DNA of 64,000 nt, from NCBI GenBank assembly GCA_937930175.1, contig CALGLP010000013.1:139764-203763 (forward strand). Direction: 5' to 3'. The notes beneath the pieces were generated by a model. It ran no database searches and was not told the DNA's origin. It saw only the letters and a list, made by a program, of their open reading frames with translations. The position numbers and the translations under genes were made by a program. Shown here piece by piece: positions 49,602 through 61,189 of this stretch. Source of the stretch: an uncultured bacterium. Its GTDB lineage: Bacteria > Omnitrophota > Gorgyraeia > Zapsychrales > Aceulaceae. Position 1 is the stretch's first letter. Each line of letters opens with the position of its first letter.

Positions 49602-50071
49602 TGAGAAGAAGAACGGCACAAACACGTCAGGCTCGACCTGATCCGAAGTATAATGATTTAATGATTGGTCGATTTATTGGCATTATTATGTATGAAGGCA
49701 AGAAAACATTAGCCGAGCGTATTGTTTATAATGCACTTGATATTTTGAAGAAAAAGTCTACGGATGAAGATGTTGTTAAGGTTTTCGCCAAGGCGATTGA
49801 AAATATTCGCCCCCGTGTTCAGGTTAAGTCCCGTAGGGTGGGGGGGTCGACGTATCAGATCCCTATGGAAGTTCCGCCATTAAAAGGTAACACCATTGCT
49901 CTACGATGGATCCGGGATCTTTCGCATGCCAAAAAGGGAAAGCCCATGGAAGTCAAGATCGCTGACGAGCTTTTTGCAGCTTTTAAAGGTGAAGGTCAAG
50001 CAATTAAAAAAAGAGATGAAGCACATAAAATGGCAGAAGCCAATCAGGCGTTTGCTCATTTGAGATGGTAA
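49601..50071 (+). CDS. rpsG: 30S ribosomal protein S7
   Basis: It shows uS7 family sequence ([19 protein letters not shown]...). Its start overlaps the rpsL stop (TAATG). Confidence 0.95.
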   Translation: MRRRTAQTRQARPDPKYNDLMIGRFIGIIMYEGKKTLAERIVYNALDILKKKSTDEDVVKVFAKAIENIRPRVQVKSRRVGGSTYQIPMEVPPLKGNTIALRWIRDLSHAKKGKPMEVKIADELFAAFKGEGQAIKKRDEAHKMAEANQAFAHLRW

Positions 50072-50075
50072 AACT

Positions 50076-52169
50076 ATGGCAGATATTCCTCTAAATAAAG
50101 TACGTAATATTGGTATCATTGCGCACATTGATGCTGGAAAAACAACAACGACAGAGCGTATTCTTTTTTATACGGGTGTTATCCATAAGATGGGAACCGT
50201 GGATGAAGGCAATACGGCGATGGATTGGATGGAGCAAGAGCAAGAGCGGGGTATTACCATTACTTCAGCTAACACTACTTGTTTTTGGCGTGATTGTAAG
50301 ATTAATATCATTGATACTCCTGGGCACGTTGATTTTACCGTTGAAGTTGAGCGATCGCTCAAAGTTTTAGATGGTGCTGTTGTGGTCTTGTGTGCTACGA
50401 GTGGTGTGCAACCTCAAACAGAAACTGTTTGGCGTCAAGCCGATCGTTATCATGTTCCGCGCATTGCGTTTATTAATAAGATGGATCGCATGGGAGCAAA
50501 TTTTGAGAACGTTTTACAGCAAATGCATGATCGCTTGGGAGCTGTGGCGGCCGCGATTTCTTTTCCTGTTGGCTCAGAGGATAATTTTAGCGGGATCGTT
50601 GATGTTATTGAAGGGCAACTTGTCACGTATGAAGATAAAGAGGGTATGAACATCAAGCGTCAAGAGGTTCCTGCAGAACTCAAAGAGCAGTTGGCGAAAT
50701 ATTACCATGCTTTGATTGAAAAGATTTCGGAGGTTGATGACATTCTGATGCAAAAATTTCTTGATGAAAAGCTTCCAACAACCGACGAATTACGTCAAGC
50801 GATTCGTCGCGCTGTTGTCAAAGGTGCCTTTGTTCCTGTTCTTTGCGGGACATCATTGCGTAATAAGGGTGTGCAGGCGGTTTTAGATGCTGTAACCGAT
50901 TTTCTTCCTTCTCCTCTTGATGTTCCTGAGGTTAAAGGAATTATTCCTAAAAAAGGAACAGAGATTACGCGCAAGGCTTCTGACGATGAGAAATTAGCAG
51001 CTTTAACATTTAAGATCGCGATGGATCAGTATGTTGGAAAGATTTTCTTTACCCGTATTTATTCGGGAAAGATTGTTTCGGGCACTCAGATTTACAATTC
51101 AACACGTCAGGTTAAAGAAAAAATTTCGAAGATTGTGATGATGCACGCGAACAAGCAAGAGATTGTGACTCAGGCTGGTGCTGGAGAAATTGTGGCCTTG
51201 GTGGGACTCAAAGAAACAAAATCTGGAGATACGTTGTGTGATGAGTCAGATCCCATTTTGCTTGAAAATATGAGAATTCCTGAGCCGGTTGTTTCGATGT
51301 CTTTGGAGCCGATGTCTAAGGCTGATCAAGATAAAATGGGGATGACCTTAAGAAAATTTCTCGATGAAGACCCATCTTTTAGAGCCCGCTACGATAAAGA
51401 AACCGGAGAAACCGTTATCTCAGGTATGGGTGAGTTGCATTTGGAAATCATTGTTGATCGTATGAAACGTGAATTTGGCCTCGAGACAAGAGTTGGACGC
51501 CCTCAGGTTGCCTACAAAGAAACAATCAAAGAAAAAGTCATGGGGGTGACTGGAAAACATATTTCTCAGTCAGGTGGTCGTGGTCAGTATGGCCACGTGA
51601 TCATTGATGTTGAGCCTCAAGAAGAAAAAGGAAAAGGCGTGACTTTCATTGATAAAATTAAAGGAGGAGCGATTCCTCGTGAGTTTATTAAGCCTGTTGA
51701 AGAAGGAATTCGTGCTGCGGCTTTAACAGGTATTTTAGGCGGTTATCCCGTTGACGATATTCAGGTATCTCTGGTTGATGGATCATATCACGATGTTGAT
51801 TCGAGCGAACTTGCTTTTCATTTGGCTGCCAAAAATGCTTTGTATGATGCGCTGCGTAAAGGAAAATCTGTCTTTTTGGAGCCCATTATGGACGTGGAGG
51901 TTGTTGTTCCCGAACAAAACATGGGAACGGTCGTCGGTGATCTTAATACGCGAAGAGCGAAAATTAATGAAATGGGCAACCGTGGTTTATTAAAAACAGC
52001 GCGTTGCGATGTCCCCTTGGCAGAAATGTTTAACTATGCCGGCGCTATTCGCTCTTTATCACAAGGACGTGCTACATTTTCTATGGAGCCTGCGTATTAT
52101 GCGGAAGTTCCAGCCTTTGTAGCCGAGAAAATACAGGGACGAAACGCAGGAAAAAAAGCAATTGTTTAG
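50076..52169 (+). CDS. fusA: Elongation factor G
   Basis: It has G1 [10 protein letters not shown]3 DTPGHVDF, G4 NKMD, and is 697 aa. Confidence 0.95.
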   Translation: MADIPLNKVRNIGIIAHIDAGKTTTTERILFYTGVIHKMGTVDEGNTAMDWMEQEQERGITITSANTTCFWRDCKINIIDTPGHVDFTVEVERSLKVLDGAVVVLCATSGVQPQTETVWRQADRYHVPRIAFINKMDRMGANFENVLQQMHDRLGAVAAAISFPVGSEDNFSGIVDVIEGQLVTYEDKEGMNIKRQEVPAELKEQLAKYYHALIEKISEVDDILMQKFLDEKLPTTDELRQAIRRAVVKGAFVPVLCGTSLRNKGVQAVLDAVTDFLPSPLDVPEVKGIIPKKGTEITRKASDDEKLAALTFKIAMDQYVGKIFFTRIYSGKIVSGTQIYNSTRQVKEKISKIVMMHANKQEIVTQAGAGEIVALVGLKETKSGDTLCDESDPILLENMRIPEPVVSMSLEPMSKADQDKMGMTLRKFLDEDPSFRARYDKETGETVISGMGELHLEIIVDRMKREFGLETRVGRPQVAYKETIKEKVMGVTGKHISQSGGRGQYGHVIIDVEPQEEKGKGVTFIDKIKGGAIPREFIKPVEEGIRAAALTGILGGYPVDDIQVSLVDGSYHDVDSSELAFHLAAKNALYDALRKGKSVFLEPIMDVEVVVPEQNMGTVVGDLNTRRAKINEMGNRGLLKTARCDVPLAEMFNYAGAIRSLSQGRATFSMEPAYYAEVPAFVAEKIQGRNAGKKAIV

Positions 52170-52196
52170 AACATTCTAACGGGAGGAAAAAAGAAC

Positions 52197-53390
52197 ATGG
52201 CTAAAGGAAAATTTTTAAGAAATAAACCTCACTTGAACATTGGAACGATCGGTCACGTTGATCATGGTAAGACGACTTTGAGCGCTGCTATCACGATGGT
52301 TTTGGCAAAGAAGGGTTTAGCGGAAGCTCGTGGCTATGACACTATTGATAACGCTCCAGAAGAAAAAGAGCGTGGCGTTACCATCAACATTGCCCACCTT
52401 GAGTATGAAACTGACAAGCGTCATTATGCGCACATCGATTGCCCTGGACACGCGGATTATATTAAAAATATGATTACGGGCGCAGCGCAGATGGATGGCG
52501 CCATTTTGGTTGTTTCTGCGGCTGACGGTGCGATGCCTCAAACCAGAGAGCATATCCTCTTAGCTCGTCAGGTCAATGTTCCCCGCCTTGTTGTTTTTAT
52601 GAATAAATGTGATCAAGTAGAAGATAAAGAACTTCTTGAGCTCGTTGAAATGGAGTTGAGAGATCTTTTGACCAAATATAAATTTGATGGTGATAAAACA
52701 CCGATCATTAAGGGAAGCGCGTTAGAGGCGATGAATAATCTCGATGATGCAGCTAAGATTCAGCCGATTCTTGATCTGATGAAGGCTGTTGATGATTTTA
52801 TTCCAGAACCTACGCGTGAGCTTGATAAGCCGTTTTCGATGGCCGTAGAAGATGTCTTTTCGATCTCAGGCCGTGGAACCGTTGCGACGGGTCGTATTGA
52901 GCGTGGTGTTGTTAAGGTCGGCGAAGATATTGATGTTGTCGGACTTCGTAAGGATGTTCAAAAAACGGTTGTCACGGGTGTTGAAATGTTCCGTAAGGAG
53001 CTCGAACAAGGTCAAGCGGGAGACAACGTTGGACTTCTCTTGCGTGGTGTTGATAAGACCAATATTGAGCGCGGCATGGTTTTAGCTAAGCCTGGTTCAA
53101 TTACGCCACATACAAAGTTTAAAGCACAGATCTATATTTTGAATAAAGAAGAAGGTGGACGACACACGCCATTCTTTAATGGTTATCGTCCCCAATTTTA
53201 TTTTAGAACAACGGATGTGACTGGAACGGCTAATCTTCCTCAAGGGGTTGAAATGGCGATGCCAGGCGACAACGTGATGGTAGAAATCGAGCTTATTACG
53301 CCCGTCGCTATGGAAAAAGAGCTTCGTTTCGCTATTCGTGAAGGTGGCAGGACCGTCGGCGCAGGCGTTATCTCTGAGATCATAAAATAG
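52197..53390 (+). CDS. tuf: Elongation factor Tu
   Basis: It has [21 protein letters not shown], and is 397 aa. Confidence 0.97.
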   Translation: MAKGKFLRNKPHLNIGTIGHVDHGKTTLSAAITMVLAKKGLAEARGYDTIDNAPEEKERGVTINIAHLEYETDKRHYAHIDCPGHADYIKNMITGAAQMDGAILVVSAADGAMPQTREHILLARQVNVPRLVVFMNKCDQVEDKELLELVEMELRDLLTKYKFDGDKTPIIKGSALEAMNNLDDAAKIQPILDLMKAVDDFIPEPTRELDKPFSMAVEDVFSISGRGTVATGRIERGVVKVGEDIDVVGLRKDVQKTVVTGVEMFRKELEQGQAGDNVGLLLRGVDKTNIERGMVLAKPGSITPHTKFKAQIYILNKEEGGRHTPFFNGYRPQFYFRTTDVTGTANLPQGVEMAMPGDNVMVEIELITPVAMEKELRFAIREGGRTVGAGVISEIIK

Positions 53391-53398
53391 TTGGAACT

Positions 53399-53701
53399 AT
53401 GCAAAAAATTAGAATAAAACTTAAAGCCTACGATCATCGCTTGATCGATCAATCAACACAGGAGATTGTGGAGACCGCCAAAAGAACTGGGGCAAGGGTT
53501 GCAGGTCCGATTCCTTTGCCGACCAAGAAGGAACTTTATACGGTTTTGCGCTCACCTATGGTTGATAAAAAATCACGCGAGCAATTTAGGCTTGCAACGC
53601 ATAAACGGTTGATTGATCTTTTAGACCCGACAGCTAAAACAGTCGAGGCTTTACGTAAGCTCAACCTTCCTGCGGGTGTTGACGTCGAAATTAAACAATA
53701 A
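53399..53701 (+). CDS. rpsJ: 30S ribosomal protein S10
   Basis: [19 protein letters not shown]... is canonical uS10. Confidence 0.95.
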   Translation: MQKIRIKLKAYDHRLIDQSTQEIVETAKRTGARVAGPIPLPTKKELYTVLRSPMVDKKSREQFRLATHKRLIDLLDPTAKTVEALRKLNLPAGVDVEIKQ

Positions 53702-53716
53702 AAGAGAGCATTTTCC

Positions 53717-54421
53717 ATGGTTCGTGGTTTATTAGGAAAAAAAGTTGGCATGACGCAAATCTTCGACAAGGACGGGAATATGGTTCCTGTTACGGTTGTT
53801 GAAGCAGGTCCTTGCTACATCTTAGAACTCAAGAATTCTCCTTTGAAGGTGACCCTTGGTTTTGGTGAAGCTAAAGAGTCACGTCTTAATAAGGCACGTT
53901 TAGGTTTTTTTAAGAAAAATAATCTTAAACCTGTGAAGATGGTCTGTGAGTTTGAGGCGAAAGATATTAAAGATTATCAAGTTGGCCAAGAAATTAAAGT
54001 CGATCTTTTTCAAGCTGGTGATTTCGTTGATGTAACTGGAACATCCATTGGCAAAGGTTTCCAAGGTGGTATGAAACGTTGGGGATGGGTGGGTGGGCCT
54101 GGGGGGCACGGCTCGATGCACCATCGCCGTATCGGTTCCGTGGCTTCGAGTACTGAGCCTTCACGCGTTTTTAAGGGTAAGACGATGCCTGGCCACATGG
54201 GAGACCGACGTATTACAACCCAAGGGTTACGTGTTATGGGTGTTGATCTTGAAAAGAATTTGCTGCTCATTAAAGGTTCCGTTCCTGGATGTAAGAGAAA
54301 TTATCTGCTGATCAATAAATCTCAGAAAAAAGCCTTTAAGTCGTTTGATGAAGTGAAACCAACGATTGTTAAGAAGATTAATCCGATGAAACAAAGCAAG
54401 AGTAAGGCTAAGGGTAAATAA
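53717..54421 (+). CDS. rplC: 50S ribosomal protein L3
   Basis: LGKKVGMTQIFDKDG...VTVVEAGPC is uL3. Confidence 0.95.
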   Translation: MVRGLLGKKVGMTQIFDKDGNMVPVTVVEAGPCYILELKNSPLKVTLGFGEAKESRLNKARLGFFKKNNLKPVKMVCEFEAKDIKDYQVGQEIKVDLFQAGDFVDVTGTSIGKGFQGGMKRWGWVGGPGGHGSMHHRRIGSVASSTEPSRVFKGKTMPGHMGDRRITTQGLRVMGVDLEKNLLLIKGSVPGCKRNYLLINKSQKKAFKSFDEVKPTIVKKINPMKQSKSKAKGK

Positions 54422-54433
54422 AGGTTCAATATT

Positions 54434-55060
54434 ATGCCCACTTGTCCTATTTACGATAGTCAAGGAAAAAAAGTTGATGAGCTTAAGCTTCCCGACGCCA
54501 TTTTTGATGGAAAAGTCAATGCGATGGCTCTGCATCAAGCGGTTGTGATGTATCAAGCTAATCAGCGACAAGGCAATGCTTCAAGTAAAGGGCGTGCTGA
54601 GGTTTCTGGTGGTGGAAAAAAACCTTTTGGGCAAAAGGGAACAGGGCGAGCCAGAGCCGGATCGTCTCGATCACCTCTGTGGAAGGGTGGTGGTGTCATT
54701 TTTGGTCCCGAGCCAAGAGATTTTACATATCAGGTTCCACGAAAAGTTAAGATTGTTGCCCTTGCGGCGAGTTTGAATTCGAAATTAAATGACAATGATT
54801 TGCTGTGTATTGATCATCTTAGAATAGAGTTTACCAAGACGAAAGATTTCGTAAATATGCTTAAAGGTCTTAAGCTTGAAGGAAAAATTCTTGGGATTGT
54901 GGATAAAGTAGATGATAAGTTTTTAAAGGTTTCTCGCAATGTGAATTCGTTTTGTATGATGCGCTCCTCGGATGTGACAGGGTATGATATTTTACGTTAC
55001 AAGAAATTGCTTATTACTAAAGCCGCCTTTAAAGAGCTATTAAAAAGAGTTGAGCTTTAG
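54434..55060 (+). CDS. rplD: 50S ribosomal protein L4
   Basis: It shows the uL4 family and the conserved S10-operon order. Confidence 0.9.
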   Translation: MPTCPIYDSQGKKVDELKLPDAIFDGKVNAMALHQAVVMYQANQRQGNASSKGRAEVSGGGKKPFGQKGTGRARAGSSRSPLWKGGGVIFGPEPRDFTYQVPRKVKIVALAASLNSKLNDNDLLCIDHLRIEFTKTKDFVNMLKGLKLEGKILGIVDKVDDKFLKVSRNVNSFCMMRSSDVTGYDILRYKKLLITKAAFKELLKRVEL

Positions 55061-55075
55061 AGAAAGTTTTAACCC

Positions 55076-55351
55076 ATGAATCAATACGATGTTATTCGCA
55101 CACTCATTCGCACCGAAAAAGGAACGGTCCTTTCTGAGAGCCGTAAGTATCTTTTTCAAGTCGATCGTCGATCAACGAAGATCGATATTCGTAAGGCGAT
55201 TGAAGAGATTTATAAAGTGAAGGTTCAAAATGTTAACACGTGTGTTGTTCCTGGAAAGAAAAAACGTGTTCGTCAGATTCTTGGCCGCGTTCCCGATTGG
55301 AAAAAAGCGATCGTGACGCTGCAAGACGGTCACAAGATTGAGGTCACATAA
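55076..55351 (+). CDS. rplW: 50S ribosomal protein L23
   Basis: It shows the uL23 family (YDVIRTLIRTEKGT). Confidence 0.9.
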   Translation: MNQYDVIRTLIRTEKGTVLSESRKYLFQVDRRSTKIDIRKAIEEIYKVKVQNVNTCVVPGKKKRVRQILGRVPDWKKAIVTLQDGHKIEVT

Positions 55352-56197
55352 ATGGGTTTGCATAAATTTCGTCCCACAACAAATGCTTTACGACATACAA
55401 TTATTTCGGATTTTGCGGAGATTACAAAATCAAAGCCCGAAAAGAATCTTTTAGAACCTTTAAAGAGTTCTGGGGGACGAAATAATCGTGGACGTATTAC
55501 GCTGCGTTTTCGTGGTGGTGGTCATAAACGAATGTATCGCGTGATTGATTTTAAGCGTAACCGTATCGATGAACCAGCGAAAGTACTTGCGATCGAATAT
55601 GATCCAAACCGTTCAGCACGCATTGCCTTGATTGAGTATCCAGATAAAGTGCGTTCCTATATTTTAGCGCCCTTGGATCTTCACGTTGGGAATGAAGTCA
55701 TTAGTACTTTTAGTTCGAACGTTGACATGCGTCCTGGCAATTGTATGCCTATAGAAAATATTCCTTTAGGCACGGCGGTTCATAACATTGAATTAAGACC
55801 TGGGCAGGGAGGACAAATCGTTCGCTCGGCAGGGGCTTCGGCGCAGATTATGGCTAAAGAGGCTGGCGAAGCGCATTTACGCCTTCCTTCGAGTGAAGTG
55901 CGAAGAATCAAAACAAATTGTCGCGCTACCATTGGACAAATTGGTAACGTGGAGCATGATTCGATGTCTTTGGGAAAAGCGGGACGCTCGCGATGGTTAG
56001 GGCGACGAGGAAAAGTTCGCGGTGTTGCGATGAATCCTGTTGATCATCCCCACGGTGGTGGTGAAGGAAAGGCGCCGCAAGGAAATCCGCATCCAGTGAC
56101 TCCTTGGGGTAAACCGACTAAAGGATTTAAGACCAGAAGTAAACGAAAATATTCAGATCATAGTATTATCCGAAGACGTAAAAAGGGAAAGCGATAA
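55352..56197 (+). CDS. rplB: 50S ribosomal protein L2
   Basis: It shows the uL2 family ([19 protein letters not shown]..., HGGGEGK). Confidence 0.95.
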   Translation: MGLHKFRPTTNALRHTIISDFAEITKSKPEKNLLEPLKSSGGRNNRGRITLRFRGGGHKRMYRVIDFKRNRIDEPAKVLAIEYDPNRSARIALIEYPDKVRSYILAPLDLHVGNEVISTFSSNVDMRPGNCMPIENIPLGTAVHNIELRPGQGGQIVRSAGASAQIMAKEAGEAHLRLPSSEVRRIKTNCRATIGQIGNVEHDSMSLGKAGRSRWLGRRGKVRGVAMNPVDHPHGGGEGKAPQGNPHPVTPWGKPTKGFKTRSKRKYSDHSIIRRRKKGKR

Positions 56198-56200
56198 GAT

Positions 56201-56488
56201 ATGCCACGCTCGATCACTAAAGGCCCATATGTAGATGTGCATCTGGTGGAAAAATTTGAAAAGATGCAAAGAACAGGTCAGAAGATTGTTATTAAGACAT
56301 GGTCGCGACGTTCAACGATCACGCCAGAATTTGTCGGCGCGACGATTGCGGTGCACGATGGTCGCAAGCATGTCCCAGTTTTTATTACAGAAAATATGGT
56401 TGGTTATAAGCTAGGCTCTTTTGCGCCGACACGTACATTTAAAAAGCACGGCGGTGTTAAGGCTAAAAAAGCAGCAGATAAGACATAA
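56201..56488 (+). CDS. rpsS: 30S ribosomal protein S19
   Basis: [15 protein letters not shown]... is uS19. Confidence 0.95.
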   Translation: MPRSITKGPYVDVHLVEKFEKMQRTGQKIVIKTWSRRSTITPEFVGATIAVHDGRKHVPVFITENMVGYKLGSFAPTRTFKKHGGVKAKKAADKT

Positions 56489-56499
56489 AGGATCAAGAC

Positions 56500-56835
56500 A
56501 TGATTGCATCAGCTAAAGGAAGATTTATCCGTGTTGCCCCTGCCAAGGTGCGTCAGGTTATTGATTTGATTCGCGGCAAAGATGTCAAGTCCTCATTGGT
56601 TCTTTTGCAGCAGGTTCATAAAGGATCGCGGGAACGCATTATTAAGCTTTTAAACTCAGCCGTTAGCAATGCTAAGCAAAAAGGTTTGAGCGAAGATCAA
56701 CTTTTTATTTCTAAAATTACAGCGGACATAGGTCCATCATGGAGTCGTTTTCGTGCCGCAGCGTTTGGCCGAGCACAACCCATTCTTAAACGAACAACAC
56801 ACTTAACCGTCGAATTAGACGTCAAAACGAAATAG
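56500..56835 (+). CDS. rplV: 50S ribosomal protein L22
   Basis: It shows the uL22 family and the conserved order. Confidence 0.9.
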   Translation: MIASAKGRFIRVAPAKVRQVIDLIRGKDVKSSLVLLQQVHKGSRERIIKLLNSAVSNAKQKGLSEDQLFISKITADIGPSWSRFRAAAFGRAQPILKRTTHLTVELDVKTK

Positions 56836-56847
56836 CGAGGAATTCCC

Positions 56848-57552
56848 GTGGGGCAGAAGGTCAGTCCATTAGCATTACGTATCGGATATATTAAGGATTG
56901 GAAAAGCCGTTGGTTTGCCGATAAGAAAGATTTCGCATCCAACGTCATTGAAGATAACAAGATCCGTCAATACATCAAAAAGAAATTTGCTCATGCCGCT
57001 GTTTCGCATGTGGATATTGAGCGTTTGGCGGCTCAGGTTAGGGTGAAAATCGCTTCCGCGAGGCCAGGAGTGATCATTGGTCGACGAGGAGCAGATATTG
57101 ATAAGCTTAAGGAAGAGTTAGGCAAGTTGACACCCAAAGAATTAGCTATTGATATTCAAGAGATTAAGAATCCTTCGGTCAATGCTAATCTCGTTTCTCA
57201 AGGGGTGGCGTTGCAGCTTGAGAAACGCATTGCGTTTCGTCGCGCGATGAAACGTTCGATTGAGCAGGCCTTAGGTTCTGGGGCGAAAGGTATTAAGATT
57301 AGTTGTTCTGGTCGTCTTGGTGGAGCTGAATTGTCCAGACGTGAAACATATCGCGAAGGAAAGCTTCCTTTGCAGACATTTCGCGCGGATATTGATTATG
57401 GCTTTGCTGAAGCCCATACGACCTACGGTGTTATTGGCGTTAAGACATGGATTTATCACGGAGATGCGATTCTGGATGAACCCAAAGAGCAAGAAGTGAA
57501 GGCGCCTGTAGTTGAGCTTAAGCAGGAACCGGTCAAGAAGGAAGCTGAATAA
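56848..57552 (+). CDS. rpsC: 30S ribosomal protein S3
   Basis: It has a GTG start. MGQKVSPLALRIGYIKDWKSRWFA is uS3 with a KH domain. Confidence 0.95.
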   Translation: MGQKVSPLALRIGYIKDWKSRWFADKKDFASNVIEDNKIRQYIKKKFAHAAVSHVDIERLAAQVRVKIASARPGVIIGRRGADIDKLKEELGKLTPKELAIDIQEIKNPSVNANLVSQGVALQLEKRIAFRRAMKRSIEQALGSGAKGIKISCSGRLGGAELSRRETYREGKLPLQTFRADIDYGFAEAHTTYGVIGVKTWIYHGDAILDEPKEQEVKAPVVELKQEPVKKEAE

Positions 57553-57553
57553 T

Positions 57554-57973
57554 ATGTTGATGCCAAGGAAAGTCAAATACCGTAAGGTACAAAAAGGAAA
57601 GACTCGCGGCATTGCGACACGTGGAGCCACTCTGTGTTTTGGTGAGTTTGGCTTGAAGGCTCTTCAAAATGGACTATTACGTGCGAATCACATCGAAGCT
57701 GCGCGTATTACCGCGGCGCGAAAAATGAAGGGTGCGGGACGTCTATGGCTTAATGTTTTTCCTTATAAGCCTGTAACAAAAAAGCCTGCTGAAACACGTA
57801 TGGGAAAAGGTAAGGGTGATTTGGATCATTGGGTGTGTCCGATCAAACGTGGAAAAGTTCTCTTTGAGATTGGTGGTGTTCCTGAGGATTTCGCCAAATC
57901 GATTTTCCGCTTGATTGCTTTCAAGATGCCCATTCGGACAAAATTCATTTCACGTTCTGGGGCATCCCAATAA
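57554..57973 (+). CDS. rplP: 50S ribosomal protein L16
   Basis: MLMPRKVKYRKVQKG is the uL16 N-terminus. The ATG at 57554 lies just after the rpsC stop. Confidence 0.93.
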   Translation: MLMPRKVKYRKVQKGKTRGIATRGATLCFGEFGLKALQNGLLRANHIEAARITAARKMKGAGRLWLNVFPYKPVTKKPAETRMGKGKGDLDHWVCPIKRGKVLFEIGGVPEDFAKSIFRLIAFKMPIRTKFISRSGASQ

Positions 57974-57981
57974 GAGGCACT

Positions 57982-58176
57982 ATGATAAAAATTAAAGAAT
58001 TCCGAGCTATGGACACAGCTGATTTGATTCAAAAGGAAAAGGCTTTTAAGAAAGAGCTCTATGACCTTAATTATCAGCGAAAATTTGGTAAGGTTGAAAA
58101 GCCTGCACGCTTTGGTCATTTAAGACGTGGGATTGCACGCATTAAAACGATTTTAACGGAAAGAAAAAGTCAATGA
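57982..58176 (+). CDS. rpmC: 50S ribosomal protein L29
   Basis: It is 64 aa and belongs to the uL29 family (KELYDLNYQRKFGK). Confidence 0.9.
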   Translation: MIKIKEFRAMDTADLIQKEKAFKKELYDLNYQRKFGKVEKPARFGHLRRGIARIKTILTERKSQ

Positions 58177-58439
58177 CAGAACGCATTAACCGACGAAGAA
58201 CCTTGGCGGGTATCGTCTTAAGCGACAAGATGAACAAAACGCGCGTTGTTCAAGTCGCGTGGCGATCTAAGCATGAAAAATATGAGAAGCAGATTCAACG
58301 TTTTGTTAAATATAAGGCCCATGATGAAAATAATGAAGCTAAAGCTGGTGATACAGTCGAGCTTATGGAGTCCAGGCCGCTTTCAAAAGATAAGCGCTGG
58401 GTTATTATTAAGATTATAAAAAAGAATGCTGAGCAATGA
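58173..58439 (+). CDS. rpsQ: 30S ribosomal protein S17
   Basis: It shows the uS17 family (GIVLSDKMNKTRVVQV...). Confidence 0.93.
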   Translation: MTERINRRRTLAGIVLSDKMNKTRVVQVAWRSKHEKYEKQIQRFVKYKAHDENNEAKAGDTVELMESRPLSKDKRWVIIKIIKKNAEQ

Positions 58440-58804
58440 TTTATTTAAAGACAATTTTAGATGTTGCAGACAATACCGGAGCCCGTAAGGCATCGTTTAT
58501 TGGGGTTTTGCGAGCCCGCGGACGAAGCTTTGCTCAAGTTGGTGAATTGATTCGTGTTAATATCAAAGAGTCTGCTCCCAATGCGGCTGTCAAAAAAGGG
58601 GAAGTGGTTAAAGGGATTATTGTGCGTCAAAAGTTTCCGTTACGTCGTTCGGATGGGTCGTATGTACGATTTGATAGCAATGCGATTGTTCTTGTTGATG
58701 ATAATGGAAATCCTAAAGGAACTCGAGTTTTTGGTCCTGTGGCGCGCGAGCTTCGTAATTTGGAACATATGAAAATTATTTCATTAGCACCTGAGGTTGT
58801 TTAA
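58436..58804 (+). CDS. rplN: 50S ribosomal protein L14
   Basis: MIYLKTILDVADNTGARK is uL14. Confidence 0.95.
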   Translation: MIYLKTILDVADNTGARKASFIGVLRARGRSFAQVGELIRVNIKESAPNAAVKKGEVVKGIIVRQKFPLRRSDGSYVRFDSNAIVLVDDNGNPKGTRVFGPVARELRNLEHMKIISLAPEVV

Positions 58805-59117
58805 GATGATTAAAATTCGAAAAAATGATCAGATCGAAGTGATTGCAGGAAAAGACAAGGGAAAAAAAGGAAAAGTGTTGCACGTTTTCCCAAAGCTTAA
58901 TCGCGCCCTTGTTGAAAATATTAATTTGATGAAAAAGGCCCAACGCAAGACCCAAGATAATCAAAAAGGTGGGATTATTGAAGTTGAGGCGATGATTGCG
59001 TTAAGCAATTTGATGTTGGTTTGTAAGCAGTGCAATAAGCGCGTACGAACCAAGGTTGCGATCATGAAAGACGGCACAAGAAATCGTGAATGCAAAGAAT
59101 GCGGAGCAGCGAATTAA
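58797..59117 (+). CDS. rplX: 50S ribosomal protein L24 (with C-terminal CxxC...CxxC)
   Basis: It has a KOW N-terminus (MIKIRKNDQIEVIAGKDKGKKGKVLHV). The C-terminus is LVCKQCNKRV...RECKECGAAN, with two Cys pairs. Confidence 0.9.
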   Translation: MFKMIKIRKNDQIEVIAGKDKGKKGKVLHVFPKLNRALVENINLMKKAQRKTQDNQKGGIIEVEAMIALSNLMLVCKQCNKRVRTKVAIMKDGTRNRECKECGAAN

Positions 59118-59118
59118 A

Positions 59119-59667
59119 ATGAAATCTCGATTATTAGAACGATGTCAAAAAGAAGTGATTCCTGCGGTTCAGCAGAAGTTTGGGATTGCGAATGTTATGG
59201 CGGTCCCGCGCTTAACAAAGATTGTGGTCAATATGGGTGTTGGCGAAGCCATGACCGACATCAATATTTTGGAAACAGCGGTTAAAGATCTTGGGTCGAT
59301 CACAGGCCAGAAGCCGATTATTCGGAAATCTAAGAAGGCCATTTCTAATTTTAAGCTGCGTGAGAATGCTCCGGTTGGTTGTAAGGTGACGCTGCGTGGC
59401 AATAAAATGTATGAATTTCTTGATCGTTTGGTGAGCATTGCTTTGCCGCGTATTCGAGACTTTAATGGTGTTTCGCGGAAATCATTTGATAAGGATGGAA
59501 ATTATACACTAGGGATTACGGATCAGACGATTTTTCCAGAGATTCAGACGGATCAGCAACTGCAGAAATCGCAAGGGATGGATATTTCCCTTGTTTTTAA
59601 TCATGGCCCCCAAGAGCAGACACAAGAAGTGTTGACTCTTCTCGGGATGCCTTTTAGAAAGAAATAA
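59119..59667 (+). CDS. rplE: 50S ribosomal protein L5
   Basis: [17 protein letters not shown]... is uL5. The ATG at 59119 lies right after the rplX stop, and the tabulated ORF start at 59086 is upstream and out of context. Confidence 0.93.
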   Translation: MKSRLLERCQKEVIPAVQQKFGIANVMAVPRLTKIVVNMGVGEAMTDINILETAVKDLGSITGQKPIIRKSKKAISNFKLRENAPVGCKVTLRGNKMYEFLDRLVSIALPRIRDFNGVSRKSFDKDGNYTLGITDQTIFPEIQTDQQLQKSQGMDISLVFNHGPQEQTQEVLTLLGMPFRKK

Positions 59668-59672
59668 AATCT

Positions 59673-59858
59673 ATGGCACGCAAAGCACTTGTATTAAAAG
59701 CAGCACAAAAGCCAAAATTTACCGCACGTCAGCATAATCGTTGTCGTTTATGCGGGCGACCTAAGGGTTTTTTAAGACGTTTTGGAGTTTGCCGTATTTG
59801 TTTTCGGGAACTCGCCTGGAAGGGTGAGATTCCTGGAGTGAAGAAAGCTAGCTGGTAA
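59673..59858 (+). CDS. rpsZ: 30S ribosomal protein S14, Zn-binding type Z
   Basis: It is 61 aa with [23 protein letters not shown], the short zinc-ribbon uS14. Confidence 0.93.
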   Translation: MARKALVLKAAQKPKFTARQHNRCRLCGRPKGFLRRFGVCRICFRELAWKGEIPGVKKASW

Positions 59859-59879
59859 GAAGAAAGGGCAGAAAAGAAG

Positions 59880-60278
59880 ATGTCGCTTACAGATCCCATC
59901 GCAGATATGTTAACAAGCATTCGTAATGCGGCGCAAACCACAAAGCAAACGGTGGATGTGCCAGCATCAAGATTAGTTGAAAAGATTTTAGAGATTTTCA
60001 GAACATATGGTTATATTGAAGATTTCCGACTGCTTAAGGATAGTACTCAGGGAACACTCAAGATCTATCTAAAATATGAAAAGGGTAAGAAGTCGGTTAT
60101 TATGGGGCTGAAGAGGATTTCGAGGCCGGGGTTGAGGGTTTATGCCACGTGTGATCGTATTCCAAAAGTTTTAAACGGGCTGGGCACTTCCATCCTTTCA
60201 ACATCCAAGGGCGTTATCGATGATAAAAAAGCCAGGGAATTGAAAGTTGGCGGTGAAGTCCTTTGTTATATCTGGTAA
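59880..60278 (+). CDS. rpsH: 30S ribosomal protein S8
   Basis: MSLTDPIADMLTSIRNA is uS8. Confidence 0.95.
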   Translation: MSLTDPIADMLTSIRNAAQTTKQTVDVPASRLVEKILEIFRTYGYIEDFRLLKDSTQGTLKIYLKYEKGKKSVIMGLKRISRPGLRVYATCDRIPKVLNGLGTSILSTSKGVIDDKKARELKVGGEVLCYIW

Positions 60279-60284
60279 CTAACT

Positions 60285-60824
60285 ATGTCAAGAATCGGAA
60301 AAAAACCAATTCCTGTTGTTAAGGGCGTCAAGTTTTCTCTTCAGAGTGGTACTGCCGTTGTTGAGGGGCCAAAGGGGAAGCTTAGCCTTGCTGTTCCAGC
60401 CAAAATTGTTGTTGAGGCTAAAGATGAAAAGATTTTTGTCACGCGTCAGGCTAACGATAAGCAAACTCTGGCGAATCATGGGACTATTCGAGCCCGTATT
60501 GCGAATATGATTGTCGGGGTGACCGAAGGTCATAAAAAAAGGCTTGAAATCCAGGGCGTGGGTTTTCGTACTCAAGTTCAAGGGCAGAAAATCACGCTTA
60601 ATTTAGGATTTAGCCATCCTGTTGTGGTTGATGTTCCGATTGAAGTGAAAGTCAAATCGGCGACACCAACAGAGTTAGAGTTTGAAAGTTTCGATAATGT
60701 TATTTTAGGTAATATTGTTGCTTCAATCCGTAAGATTAAGCCGCCTGAGCCTTATAAGGGTAAGGGTATTCGTTATGCAGGTGAGATTGTTAAACGTAAA
60801 CAAGAAAAGACGGTTACTAAATAG
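60285..60824 (+). CDS. rplF: 50S ribosomal protein L6
   Basis: [16 protein letters not shown] is uL6. Confidence 0.95.
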   Translation: MSRIGKKPIPVVKGVKFSLQSGTAVVEGPKGKLSLAVPAKIVVEAKDEKIFVTRQANDKQTLANHGTIRARIANMIVGVTEGHKKRLEIQGVGFRTQVQGQKITLNLGFSHPVVVDVPIEVKVKSATPTELEFESFDNVILGNIVASIRKIKPPEPYKGKGIRYAGEIVKRKQEKTVTK

Positions 60825-60826
60825 GT

Positions 60827-61189
60827 ATGTTAAACACTAAAGATCAAAAACGTATTTATCGTCATACGCGTATTCGTAAAAAGCTTCATGGCACGCCGAG
60901 CTGTTTGAGGTTATGTATTCATCGAAGCCTTAAAAATATTTCGGCATCTTTAATTGATGATGATCATCAGAAGACGTTGTTTGCGATCTCAACGCTGGAT
61001 AAGAATTTAAGAACAAAGTTAAAAAGCGGTGGCAATATACAAGCGGCTTCAGCCTTAGGAGAAGCATTTGCTGCTAAGGCATTGGAGAAAGGAATCAAAA
61101 AAGTGTGTTTTGATCGAGCAGGCTACCTTTATCATGGACGTGTAAAGGCATTTGCTGATGCGGCTCGCAAAGGTGGAGTAGATTTTTAA
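60827..61189 (+). CDS. rplR: 50S ribosomal protein L18
   Basis: It shows the uL18 family (C-terminal [20 protein letters not shown]). Confidence 0.9.
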   Translation: MLNTKDQKRIYRHTRIRKKLHGTPSCLRLCIHRSLKNISASLIDDDHQKTLFAISTLDKNLRTKLKSGGNIQAASALGEAFAAKALEKGIKKVCFDRAGYLYHGRVKAFADAARKGGVDF